DNA from: Erysipelotrichaceae bacterium
GTDB lineage: Bacteria > Bacillota_I > Bacilli_A > Erysipelotrichales > Erysipelotrichaceae
Length of the DNA stretch: 15,328 nucleotides
Direction of reading: 5' to 3'
Assembly (NCBI GenBank): GCA_030604855.1
Contig: JAUVVC010000014.1
Location: 1 to 15,328 of the forward strand
How positions within the stretch are numbered: position 1 is the first letter of the stretch; every line of letters starts with the position of its first letter. Shown piece by piece: positions 15,291 to 15,328 of the stretch. The notes under the pieces are model-generated. The model was not told the DNA's origin and did no database searches. It saw only the letters and a program-made list of their open reading frames with translations. A program made the position numbers and the translations under genes.

Positions 15291-15328
15291 GCCAATCAAG
15301 AAGGTGTCGGGAAAATCATTGGAAAGGA

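Overview
This is a compact chromosomal segment of low-GC Gram-positive type (Bacillota/Mollicutes-like). The lineage call rests on a CIRCE operator, a PyrR attenuator, TGn extended -10 promoters and GGAGG ribosome-binding sites. Fourteen of 15 protein genes and one tRNA lie on the minus strand. In minus-strand transcription order (right to left): a 130-aa pyrophosphatase-like protein abutting a RumA/RlmD-type rRNA methyltransferase; a Cof-type HAD phosphatase (+) divergent from a HAD-IA phosphatase (-); a stand-alone tRNA-Ala(CGC); an SGNH/GDSL hydrolase; about 400 bp of non-coding DNA; a 420-aa signal-peptide protein of unknown family; a tightly coupled five-gene all-membrane operon (VanZ-like, COG2426, a 77-aa protein, two tandem Wzy_C/O-antigen-ligase-like paralogues); PyrR-attenuated uracil permease pyrP; an Mrp/ApbC ATPase; cysE; and CIRCE-controlled groES-groEL. 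Several ORF-track starts were moved to internal ATG/GTG codons that have proper RBS spacing. I see no transposase, integrase, CRISPR array, toxin-antitoxin pair or recognisable defence gene, so I cannot claim a clearly new system. The most unexplained items are: (1) the membrane operon, whose products share a C-terminal YDR(E/D) tail motif; (2) the orphan non-coding region 10150..10554, which has promoter-like and terminator elements; (3) the orphan secreted protein; and (4) a dense TGTAA/TTACA and 20-nt repeat array at the right edge. All family calls come from motif recognition by eye. No searches were run.
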